Assembly (NCBI GenBank): GCA_963700945.1
Contig: CAVOZQ010000040.1
Span: forward strand, 239,112-303,111
Length of the DNA stretch: 64,000 bases
Reading direction: 5' to 3'
Origin: an uncultured Alphaproteobacteria bacterium
GTDB taxonomy: Bacteria; Pseudomonadota; Alphaproteobacteria; Geminicoccales; Geminicoccaceae
Below the pieces are notes generated by a model. It saw nothing but the letters and a program-made list of their open reading frames with translations. It was not told where the DNA came from and searched no databases. Positions 26,989-36,259 of the stretch are shown one piece after another. The translations under genes were made by a program, and so were the position numbers. Each line of letters begins with the position of its first letter. Within the stretch, counting starts at the first letter, position 1.

Positions 26989-27963
26989 CTATTTTACGGC
27001 CTGAATTTGCTTAATCAGAGCGGAATACTTGCTGCCGAACTTGGCACGGACCGGTTCCGTCGCCTCGATAAACGGTTGCTTGTCAAGATTTCCGTTCACA
27101 CTGTAGCCAATTTCTTTGAGCTCTGCATAAGCCTTCTCTTCTTTTGCCTTCCAGAGCTCACGCTCCTTGAGGACGCACAGCGCCGATGCTTTGCGAATCA
27201 GCTGCCGGTCCATCGGGGAAAGTTTATCCCAAACTTTTTTGGAGAATACAAAAATCTCCGGCACCATTAAATGCTCGGTCAGGCTGTAGTACTTTGTGAC
27301 CTCGTAGTGTTTGTGCTCGATAATGGTGGGCGGGTTGTTTTCCGCGCCGTCCACAACCCCTGTTTGTATCGCAGTGTAAAGCTCATTGAAAGCAACCGGG
27401 GTACCGTTTCCTCCCATGGAGTTGACCATTTCCACAAAAATCGGGTTCTGCATCACACGGATCTTCAAGCCTTTGAGGTCTGTGGGCTGTGTGATCGGGC
27501 GAACTTTGTTATAAAAGGACCGCGAGCCGGCATCCATGTAGCCGAGCCCGATCAGACCGCCTTTCTCCAGTCTATTCAACAGGTCGGTACCGATCTCGCC
27601 ATCGGTGACATCATACATGTGCTGGGCGCTGCGGAAAACAAACGGCAGGTTGAATGCATTGAATTCATCCACAATCGGGCCCACAACACCGACACTGACA
27701 CGCGTCATCTCCAGGGCGCCGACCTGCACCTGCTCCAATGCCTCTTTCTCACCGCCCAGTTGCATGGATCCGTAAACCTGAATGGTGAGACGGCCATTGG
27801 TCCACTTATCCAGCAACTCTCCCATGTACTTGATGGCTTCCACGGTAGGGTAGCCATCGCCGTGCACATCACTTGATTTGATTACCATTTTATCAGCCCC
27901 AAAAGCTGATAAGCCAAATACCAACATGCTCAGTGTTAAGAAAACGACGACCAGTTTCTTCAT
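26989..27963 (-). CDS. TRAP transporter substrate-binding protein (DctP-type)
   Basis: Signal peptide MKKLVVVFLTLSMLVFGLSAFGA. Size and operon position fit the DctP family. Confidence 0.85.
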   Translation of the reverse strand: MKKLVVVFLTLSMLVFGLSAFGADKMVIKSSDVHGDGYPTVEAIKYMGELLDKWTNGRLTIQVYGSMQLGGEKEALEQVQVGALEMTRVSVGVVGPIVDEFNAFNLPFVFRSAQHMYDVTDGEIGTDLLNRLEKGGLIGLGYMDAGSRSFYNKVRPITQPTDLKGLKIRVMQNPIFVEMVNSMGGNGTPVAFNELYTAIQTGVVDGAENNPPTIIEHKHYEVTKYYSLTEHLMVPEIFVFSKKVWDKLSPMDRQLIRKASALCVLKERELWKAKEEKAYAELKEIGYSVNGNLDKQPFIEATEPVRAKFGSKYSALIKQIQAVK

Positions 27964-28054
27964 TTTTCTACCTCCTTTTGTTTAGGGTTGGCATACTGAA
28001 TTAAAAACCAGCCTCTTCTGGTACATCAAAAAAATTGTACCGGTAAAAGGATTT

Positions 28055-28786
28055 TTATCTCATAAGCAGCCCTCCATTGACATCAATCGTTTCGCCATTA
28101 AGGAAGTTATTTTCAACGATGAACTTTATAGTTTGGGCAATGTGAATAGGATCACCATTCCTTTCTAATGGGTTTCCTTTGCGCCAGGCTTCCAGCTGCT
28201 CAGGGGTGGAAACTTTATCGTGAAACGGCGTTACAATCACCCCCGGTGCCACGGCGTTTACTCTGATGTTGGGAGCCAGTTCTTTGGCTGCCCCTCTGGT
28301 ATAGGAATCCAAGGCTGCTTTTGAGGCCGCATAAATGGTGGCCGTTGGACCACCATGACGCATGGCCACAGAGGTTATATTAATGATGTTTGGGTCTTCT
28401 CCCTTTTCAAGCATAGGGATAAACAAGGATGTGACCATCATCGCTGAAAAGGTATTCAGGGCAAAAATCTCCTCCATAAGTTTCCACTCGCATTCCTTGG
28501 CTGATTTTCTTCTTATCAAACCACCCGCATTATTTACGAGCACGTCGAGTTTATCCACTTTTCCCTCAACGGCCTTGAAAAGTGCCTGACAACCATCTTC
28601 ATTGGATAGATCAACCTGGCAAAGATGAGCTCTCCCATCTTTAGCTTCGACATCGGCAGCTACTGATTTCGCCGCCTCCGTAGATGTGCAATAATGGATA
28701 AATATGTCATTGCCCTCCGCCAGGTGGCGCGCAGTCTCAGCTCCTATCCCGGTACTGGCACCGGTAATCAGTATAATCTTAGACAT
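28055..28786 (-). CDS. short-chain dehydrogenase/reductase (possible KduD-like partner of kduI)
   Basis: TGASTGIG cofactor motif, NNAG, and catalytic YAASKAAL. Confidence 0.85.
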   Translation of the reverse strand: MSKIILITGASTGIGAETARHLAEGNDIFIHYCTSTEAAKSVAADVEAKDGRAHLCQVDLSNEDGCQALFKAVEGKVDKLDVLVNNAGGLIRRKSAKECEWKLMEEIFALNTFSAMMVTSLFIPMLEKGEDPNIINITSVAMRHGGPTATIYAASKAALDSYTRGAAKELAPNIRVNAVAPGVIVTPFHDKVSTPEQLEAWRKGNPLERNGDPIHIAQTIKFIVENNFLNGETIDVNGGLLMR

Positions 28787-28824
28787 GATTGCTCCTCTCA
28801 GTTGACGATTAATAAATGCTGTTG

Positions 28825-29653
28825 TTACCTTAGATCGGCTAAATCAACGGCATCCATGTCCGTAAAGGTTTGATTATCACCCAGCATGCCCCAAATGAAG
28901 GAATAATTTGAGGTTCCGGCACCTGCGTGGATTGACCAGCTGGGTGAAATGACCGCTTCTTCATTTCTCATTACGATATGGCGGGTTTTATCCGGTTCAC
29001 CCATTAGATGTAACAAGAATCGCATTCGGGTTCAAATCGAAATAAAAATATACTTCCATCCGGCGTTCATGGGTATGACATGGCATACTGTTCCAGACAC
29101 TGCCGGATTCAAGAACGGTCATCCCCATCACCAGCTGACAACTCGCTGCGCCGTCCGGATGAATGTATTTATGGATCACCCTGACATTGGCTTCTTCGGC
29201 CGTGCCCAAATGGCTTGTATCCGCTTCGGTTTTGGTGACTTTTACCGTGGGATATTGCTTATGTGCCGGGCCGCTGAGCATGTAAAAGTGAGCCGGATTT
29301 TCAGGGTCGAGACTTGTAAATACGACCTCCCTTGCATTCTTGCCCACGTATAGGCCGTCGGTTTTGTCGAGTTCGAACTCCCGGTTGTCGACAATAACCT
29401 TGCCCGGAGAGGAGACATTAATAATCCCCATCTCCCGACGTTCGAGAAAGTAATCCGTTCCCAGTTCTTTACCGGCTTCCAGCCGCAAGGGCTCGGCCGG
29501 GCAAATACCGCCGATGATCATGCGGTCAAAATGACTGTAGGTCAATGCCATCCTGCCTTTGGTAAAGAGATCCCGTAAAAGAAATTCCGTGCGGATACGA
29601 TTGGTGCTGTAGACTTCAAAATCATTTGGATTTGATGGATATCTTATCTCCAT
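28825..29653 (-). CDS. kduI: 5-dehydro-4-deoxy-D-glucuronate isomerase KduI, frame-broken near 29000-29025
   Basis: The N-terminal 218 aa (..[16 protein letters not shown]..) and the 66-aa tail (..[35 protein letters not shown]..) are colinear KduI sequence in two frames. Confidence 0.8.
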
Positions 29654-29761
29654 ATTGGGAAATCCTTTCCTGCTTAATGAGATGAATCGCAGAATTTCGA
29701 TTCCACCGGAAACCAGCGGATTTTTAATGCGTTTAGCTCAAGGTTCAACGGAAGAGATTTA

Positions 29762-30331
29762 TTATTCTCCCATTTCTTTGAGCTTGGCTTTGAGTTTGTC
29801 CACATGATCCGGCCGCGGTGGACAAAATATATCGATACCCACCTTGCCCGATGTAAAAAGTTCCAGTCCTATTTTGATGATACTCTGGACACAATATCCC
29901 GCCATGATGACACCTGCTATGGGCATACTTGCATACCAAAGCGGCCGCGGCCACTCCAGAATCGGCGATCGGTCATTGGCCGATACTGTCAGCAGGTATC
30001 CGTAATAGGTAAAGATCGCAAAAAACGCAAGCGAGAGCAGCCCAATACAAAGGCTGTGGAGTAAGCCGCCGCGCATCTCACCCAATTTGCATGAGAGTGC
30101 ATCAACACAGAAATGTTCGTTGCGGCGCCAGAGCGCGGCAGCACCCATAAAAACCATCCAAGCAAAGGCCCATTCTATCGCTTCATCAGACCAGCTCAGT
30201 TTAGCGATCGGAAAGAAGCGCACGAATACCACACCGATCAGGACCACAGCCAGCATTACAATACACCCGATGCTGAACCAGCGCAGGACTCGCTCAATCC
30301 AGCGGTCTAATTTAATCAGAAATTGCAGCAT
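29762..30331 (-). CDS. TRAP transporter small permease (DctQ-type), second system
   Basis: 189 aa with 4 TM helices, downstream of the DctM gene. Confidence 0.8.
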   Translation of the reverse strand: MLQFLIKLDRWIERVLRWFSIGCIVMLAVVLIGVVFVRFFPIAKLSWSDEAIEWAFAWMVFMGAAALWRRNEHFCVDALSCKLGEMRGGLLHSLCIGLLSLAFFAIFTYYGYLLTVSANDRSPILEWPRPLWYASMPIAGVIMAGYCVQSIIKIGLELFTSGKVGIDIFCPPRPDHVDKLKAKLKEMGE

Positions 30332-30355
30332 GCCTGTATATCCTAAATACTTCGC

Positions 30356-31642
30356 TTAATGGGGCATCAAAAGGTCGGGTATTCCCAGCGACAGTACCGG
30401 CACATAAGCAATGAGTATCAGAACGACGAATATGCCGAGAAGATAGGGCCAGAGCTCCTTTGACAGACTGCCTATGGAAACATCGCTGATACTTGATACA
30501 GCATAGAGTGACATTCCTACCGGCGGTGTGAGTAATCCCAGCATTGAGCAAAGAATCATTATTACACCGAATTGAATCGGATCGACGCCAAATTGTGTAA
30601 TAAGCGGCATAAAGACAGGTATTGTAATTACCAGCACGGCAATCCCTTCCAGGAAACAGCCCAAAACGAGAAGGATGGTGATAATAATCAAAATGATGAT
30701 CCACTTGGTGCTGCTCAACGCCGTTAAGCCGGTAATTACCTGTTGCGGTATCCGCTGATGGATCAGCAGCCATCCCAGAAAACCCGCGGAAGCAATTATA
30801 AATAAAACCTTGACACTTTGAATGATGGTTTCCCACAGGATGTCCGGCAGGTCGCTGAATTTAATTTCGCGATATACAAAAAGACCCAATAGCAGAGCAT
30901 AAATCGAAGCAACCACGGCCGCCTCGGTGGGTGTAAAAATGCCTCCCAGGATGCCGCCGATAATCAGCACCGGCATGCACAAAGCAAAGAAGGAATCCCT
31001 GGCACTTGTCAGCAATTCTTTAAATGATGCCCGTTGGTCTTTAGGATATCTGCGGTGTTTTGATACGAAATATACAGCGATCATCAAAGCCAGGCCCATC
31101 AACACCCCCGGCAGACATCCGGCGAGAAAAAGACGTCCGACCGACTCGCCGGTAATGCTGCCGTAAATAACAAAAGGAATACTGGGGGGGACCACCGGGC
31201 CAATTGTAGATGAAGCTGCCGTGATGGCTGCACTGAATCGAGTACCATAGCCCGCTTTTTTCATAGCTTCCAGCTCAACGATGCCCAATCCGGCGGCATC
31301 GGCTACGGCTGCTCCCGACATGCCTGAAAAAATCATACTTGAAACCACATTGACGTGCCCGAGGCCACCCTGGAAGTGCCCGACCAGGGCTTGGGCAAAT
31401 CGAAAGACCCTGTGGGTGATCCCGCCCCTGTTCATAAGATTGCCGGCCAGAATAAAGAAGGGTATTGCCAACAGTGTAAAACCGGTGGTCGCCGAATACA
31501 TTCTTTGGGCAAGCATCGGCAGAACAAAGGCCTCACCAAGAAAAACAAATGTACCGACAGCCGTCAGACCCATGGCGACGGCAATCGGTACCCCCAAAAA
31601 GATAAGACCCACCAGCACACCAAATATGGCTAACGTCAACAT
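30356..31642 (-). CDS. TRAP transporter large permease (DctM-type), second system
   Basis: 428-aa polytopic ORF with N-terminus MLTLAIFGVLVGLIFLGVPIAVAMG. Confidence 0.9.
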   Translation of the reverse strand: MLTLAIFGVLVGLIFLGVPIAVAMGLTAVGTFVFLGEAFVLPMLAQRMYSATTGFTLLAIPFFILAGNLMNRGGITHRVFRFAQALVGHFQGGLGHVNVVSSMIFSGMSGAAVADAAGLGIVELEAMKKAGYGTRFSAAITAASSTIGPVVPPSIPFVIYGSITGESVGRLFLAGCLPGVLMGLALMIAVYFVSKHRRYPKDQRASFKELLTSARDSFFALCMPVLIIGGILGGIFTPTEAAVVASIYALLLGLFVYREIKFSDLPDILWETIIQSVKVLFIIASAGFLGWLLIHQRIPQQVITGLTALSSTKWIIILIIITILLVLGCFLEGIAVLVITIPVFMPLITQFGVDPIQFGVIMILCSMLGLLTPPVGMSLYAVSSISDVSIGSLSKELWPYLLGIFVVLILIAYVPVLSLGIPDLLMPH

Positions 31643-31680
31643 ACCCCCGCTTTCCTTTCGACGGTTTTTATCCAGGGCTA

Positions 31681-32667
31681 TCAGCGTGCGGCATCTACCA
31701 TTTTGAGAAATTTTGTGACATTCTCCCGGCCGGCGTAATCAGCGATACGGTCGTACGCAGGCTGCATGGCTTCGCGGAACTTGGCAATATCCGGCTGGGT
31801 TACCTCCATGCCCTTGTCCTTGAGTTTTTGAATCAATTCACCCTCTTCCTCCACCATGCGGTCACGAAACCACTGGCCGGCCCTTTTGCTCTCCTCTTTG
31901 ATGATTTTCTGCTGTTCGGGGGTTAGCTTTTCATATGTTTTTTTGCTCATTACATGAACCATGGAATTGTAGACATGGCGGGTGAGGGCCAAGTTTTTTT
32001 GTACTTCATAGATCTTAAAATGATAAATAACGGCCAGAGGATTTTCCTGTCCATCAACAACACCCTGTTTCAGGGCATTATAGAGTTCAGGGAAGGCAAT
32101 TTTGGTGACCACGGCCCCGCAGGCTTCCATAGCGGCCTGAAGCTGCAATTCGGGCGGAGTGCGCATTTTAAGACCTTTCATGTCCGCGGGTGTCATCACG
32201 GGCCTGACATTGTTGGTTACATTGCGAAAACCCCATTCCCAGTTGGAAAGAAAAACCAGATTCTGGGCTTCGAGCTTGGGAGCCACCCAATCCATAAACG
32301 GACCGTCCAGCACACGCCAGCAGTGTTCATAGTCGTCATAGACAAATGGCATCATGACGACGGAAAACTCGCGGACATACTTATCCAATGCTCCCTGGGT
32401 GGGCAGGCTCATATCGATGGCGCCAAGTTTGTTTTGCTCAAGCACTTCCGGGGGAGACCCCAGGGCATTGGCAGGATAGATCTTAACGGTGATGGCACCA
32501 TTCGTGCGTTTTTGGACTGCTTCAGCAAACATCAGAGTTGCTTTATGGCCGGGATGCGTTTCGGCCGCATAGTGCCCGAATTTTAACTCCAACGCCATGA
32601 TCGGGGAACTGACCAATCCTGCAAACAAAATTACTGCGAGTAAAATGATAAAAATTTTTACTTTCAT
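31681..32667 (-). CDS. TRAP transporter substrate-binding protein (DctP-type), second system
   Basis: Signal peptide MKVKIFIILLAVILFAGLVSSPIMA; 328 aa; first gene of a P-M-Q operon. AAGGAGG upstream. Confidence 0.85.
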   Translation of the reverse strand: MKVKIFIILLAVILFAGLVSSPIMALELKFGHYAAETHPGHKATLMFAEAVQKRTNGAITVKIYPANALGSPPEVLEQNKLGAIDMSLPTQGALDKYVREFSVVMMPFVYDDYEHCWRVLDGPFMDWVAPKLEAQNLVFLSNWEWGFRNVTNNVRPVMTPADMKGLKMRTPPELQLQAAMEACGAVVTKIAFPELYNALKQGVVDGQENPLAVIYHFKIYEVQKNLALTRHVYNSMVHVMSKKTYEKLTPEQQKIIKEESKRAGQWFRDRMVEEEGELIQKLKDKGMEVTQPDIAKFREAMQPAYDRIADYAGRENVTKFLKMVDAAR

Positions 32668-33364
32668 TTTGTTCCTCCTTTTCCTGGTAGAAATGGTTTT
32701 GTGACAGTATGCCGGTGCATGACAATCTGGCAGCTGTCACGATATAGCGCAAACAGATTCATGCGCATGTCAATCCTGGCAGGTTTTGTTCCAAATATGG
32801 AACTTATCTCCATATTTTCAAACACCGTATTTTTTTTCGAATTGGTTTGTCAAGAAAAAAAGACCAATAAAATAAGGCCATGATTCGTATATCGAAATAT
32901 TCAGAACCGTCAAATTTTGAGGTCGTCACCAGATGTCGCCCATGATATGGGTTGCGAAGCGGATATTCCCATTGGTTTCCCGGATGGCATTTTAAATTTC
33001 TGCCAATGGCCTTTTGCCCAAAGAGTATCATGACAATCCCCTGCTGTGGATATGAAATTAAGATGACAATAAACCGACAAAATAGTATGGTAAAAATACT
33101 ATGACCCAAAATTTTCTTGTATCGCATTGACTAGGATTGGGGAAGTCCGAATCCAGGATCACAGCAATGCTGATTGAATGTAACGGAATTTCTACAACTT
33201 TTTGGAATTACATTGCTTTTTACCCTATCTGCTTCTATAAACCGCATGAAACGTCGAACATCCGGCTTTTGAGGGATGGGGTATTCCAATTGGGGCGGAG
33301 CCTTTAATTTGTTCTGAAAGGGGCACTGGTATGAAAATATTAGAGAATCTGCGGCGCCAGCACG

Positions 33365-33694
33365 GTGACGGCCGCCAACTGGTACGGTGCCCGGATGATT
33401 CCTTTGAAAATCGACCACAAAATTAAGGATAAAGAGAAAACATTTCAGGTCGGCATGGGAAACTTGACGGCTTACCATTGTCCCGGGCATTCGCCGGGAT
33501 CTGTGGTTTACTTCACCCAAATTGATTCAAACCGCGTTCTTTTCGGTCAGGATGTCCACGGTCCACTGGAGGCTTCTTTTTTATCCAATCGCGAAAAATA
33601 TATTCGTTCCCTGAAATTTATGATGGGGCTGAATGCGGGTGTTTTATGTGAGGGTCACTTTGGTATCTATCGGGGCAAAGATAAAGTCAGTTGA
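33365..33694 (+). pseudogene. C-terminal remnant of an MBL-fold metallo-hydrolase
   Basis: AYHCPGHSPGSVVYF..VLFGQDVHG..CEGHFG matches the distal metal-ligand motifs. No intact HxHxDH region is found upstream. Confidence 0.45.
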
Positions 33695-33945
33695 TTTATT
33701 CAATCATGTTTGTCAAGGGGCTACCGAAATCTGAGGCGGGAAAGATCTTAAAGCGGGTAATTCGCAAATCCTTGGATAAATCAGACTGATGATGCTTTAA
33801 GCCTTAGGGTTTTTATGATCGCCAACCCACAGCCGAACCGGTGCAGCTCGATGCTGCCGACTCTTTTAACAAGTAGAGAAATAAGGTGCCGGGACAAACA
33901 CTTTTCCGGTCACTATTCTTGTTTAATTATTGCATCACCATCGCT

Positions 33946-34233
33946 TCATGTCCCGCAGCATTTTTTGTACTTCTTCCCGCTGCCACAGGGACAAGGATCA
34001 TTCCGTCCAACTTTCTTTTCGGCCACGACTGTTTTTGGCGGATTCAATAAAATCTCCAAATCGGCAATATCCTCAGGCTCATCCGGTTCTAATCCGATTG
34101 TATATTTCCAACCATTTTTTTCAAATATCGATACGACTTCTTTCATTCGCTTTTCTGTTTTTACACGGACAATGGCAGGATTCTTTTCTGTACCTAATTT
34201 GGCCGCTTTTTTTCCATCAAATATTTTTGCCAT
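33946..34233 (-). CDS. SEC-C motif domain protein
   Basis: C-terminal [19 protein letters not shown]. Confidence 0.8.
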   Translation of the reverse strand: MAKIFDGKKAAKLGTEKNPAIVRVKTEKRMKEVVSIFEKNGWKYTIGLEPDEPEDIADLEILLNPPKTVVAEKKVGRNDPCPCGSGKKYKKCCGT

Positions 34234-34377
34234 TTCTTCTCCTTTTAATAAGTATTTTAGAATTAATTTATTGAAATGGTCAAATCGTTATCAATGATCA
34301 TGATTTGATCCCTTGTTATTCGCAAATTCGCTTTATAGATTAACTTGGAAAAACCGCTTTGTCTGTGAGCATTCTGT

Positions 34378-34863
34378 TCAAACTTTGTGGCGGGCCTTTC
34401 GATAAATAACCCTTTGCTGGTTTTTTCTTATTTGACTCAAGAGGACTCTTAAGTATCGAATGCTCGAAAGTAAAAGCGCCAGACCGATACCTGTGTATAT
34501 AATGGACAAATAAGATTTTGGTATCGGGGAGTGCCGCAACAATGCGCCCATTGCCACCATCACGGCGACGATTATATAACTCTTCCAGGTAATAAAGGAA
34601 AAAACACATTTCGTCCCTTCCATCGGCAATATTCGTTCCAAATTTTTGTCTACGATTTTTAGAAATCCGAAGTGGTGTACTACCAATGCAACAATAACGC
34701 CTATTCCGCCAAATAGGAAGGAACTGTGAGCTCGAAATGCATTCAGCCAGGAAATTGACAGGAACAAAAGCACGGCGCCGACATCCAACCACATAAATCC
34801 GGCCAGAAATAACAGCACCCGCTTGTTTACGGCGGGTTTAAATTTAGCAATCTTTCTATTCAT
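34378..34863 (-). CDS. hypothetical membrane protein (4 predicted TM helices)
   Basis: Hydrophobic segments are visible. Start placed at ATG 34863; the ORF is open to 34896. No motif recognised. Confidence 0.45.
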   Translation of the reverse strand: MNRKIAKFKPAVNKRVLLFLAGFMWLDVGAVLLFLSISWLNAFRAHSSFLFGGIGVIVALVVHHFGFLKIVDKNLERILPMEGTKCVFSFITWKSYIIVAVMVAMGALLRHSPIPKSYLSIIYTGIGLALLLSSIRYLRVLLSQIRKNQQRVIYRKARHKV

Positions 34864-34949
34864 TGGGCATTCATAGACAATAAGAATTTGTTTCAACTAA
34901 ACATGACAATTAAACGAGACCCCGTCAAGAAATTACCCCCAAAATCATG

Positions 34950-35775
34950 CTATAAATTCAATATCGATCTTGCTTCGTCAGGCGTGGCAACTTCCCGCCC
35001 GTACTCCCCGGCAATCCGGACAATGCGCTCAACGAACTGGGCGTTGGTTTTGGCCAACAGCGCCTCTGGCATAGTAGATATTGTCTTCCATGCCGACGCG
35101 GATGTGGCCTCCCATGATCAGGGCCATCATGGACATGGGCAGATGACCTTTGCCGATGCCGATGACCGACCAGGTGGAATTCTGGGGAATATGCTGATGA
35201 AAATGCAAAAGAGATTCAGGCGTGGCCGGCGCGCCCCAGGGAGTGCCCAGAACAAACTGGAAATGAAGCGGTTCTGCCAGCTTTCCCTCGCTTCTCATGC
35301 GCAGGCAGGTGACGATCATGCCGAGGTCGAATATTTCAAGCTCGGGTTTGACGCCCAGATCCTTCATTTTTGCGGCGGCACTCTCAAGGAATTCGGGTGA
35401 ATTTATAAAGACTGAATTTCCCAGATTGATGGAGCCCGCATCGAATGAAGCCAGTTCCGGTTTCAACTCCAGCGGTGCCAGCCGCTCCGCGGTCGGCAGA
35501 TTTCTGCCCGGGATACCGCTGGTGGTCAAACACAGAATCAAGTCGGTTTTCTTCTGCAAGGGTTCCACCACCTGCTTGAAAATTTCCAAACTCTGGGTTC
35601 CCAGACCCGTTTGCGGGTCACGTACATGGATGTGAACGACTGAAGCCCCTGCCTGCCAACATTCGACGGCCGATTGAACAATTTCCTCCGGTGTGATGGG
35701 AATGTGGGGCGTAATTTCGCGCGTAATCCGGCTGCCGGTGATAGCGGCGGTTATGATTAGTTTTTCCACCGTCAA
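34950..35775 (-). CDS. 3-keto-5-aminohexanoate cleavage enzyme family (BKACE/DUF849), frame-broken near 35060-35070
   Basis: N-terminus LIITAAITGS..PITPEEI..VVHIHVRD and GHIRVGMEDNIYY. The expected tail LLAKTNAQFVERIVRIAGEYGREVATPDEARSILNL is read in the +1 frame down to the stop at 34950. Confidence 0.8.
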
Positions 35776-36077
35776 ATCCTTTTAGCTTCAATTTTTACAA
35801 TTTAAGTTCTGCGTTATCAATGACCCCCAGCGACCGAACATCGGAAACCCGGCGTTTAGTTGGAGCATCGCTTACCTTTCGAAAAATTTCGGTCATATAA
35901 TTCGGTGGCATCGAACCCATTCCAGTTTTCAACCTCGACAGCGATCATTATTCGGTAACACAATGATTCGATTGATATTTAAAGTCAAGCACTTTTAACT
36001 TCGCCGCTTACGGGTTCATCTCATGAGGTATACGGTGATCGGTTCAATCCATATATTTTTTAAAAAAAACCAAATTT

Positions 36078-36091
36078 TTGACTTACATCAA
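36078..36091. promoter_or_regulatory. CRP/FNR-family type palindrome TTGACTTACATCAA upstream of hcp
   Basis: TTGAC-N4-ATCAA, one mismatch from TTGAT-N4-ATCAA, 169 nt upstream of the hcp ATG. Confidence 0.45.
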
Positions 36092-36259
36092 AGCACTCTC
36101 AGCCGGAATGAGGCATTTATAGGGGAAAATTGACAATTCGCCGGATTGTATTAAGTTTTACCCTATATTCCCATCACGGGTAAAAGCAAACCGGCCATCT
36201 CTAAATAAACAAGCAGGAAATCAAAATCAAATAAAAACGATTCACCAAGGAGGGTATCT

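Noticed and set aside
32668-33364. Possible sigma-54 promoter, small inverted repeats (GTGACAG..CTGTCAC at ~32703-32745; TTCCA-N4-TGGAA at ~32790) and ORFs 32804..33127 and 33131..33520
   Set aside because: The GG/GC spacing does not fit the -24/-12 consensus. The inverted repeats are short enough to occur by chance. The ORFs are AT-rich, motif-free and partly antisense to the MBL remnant.
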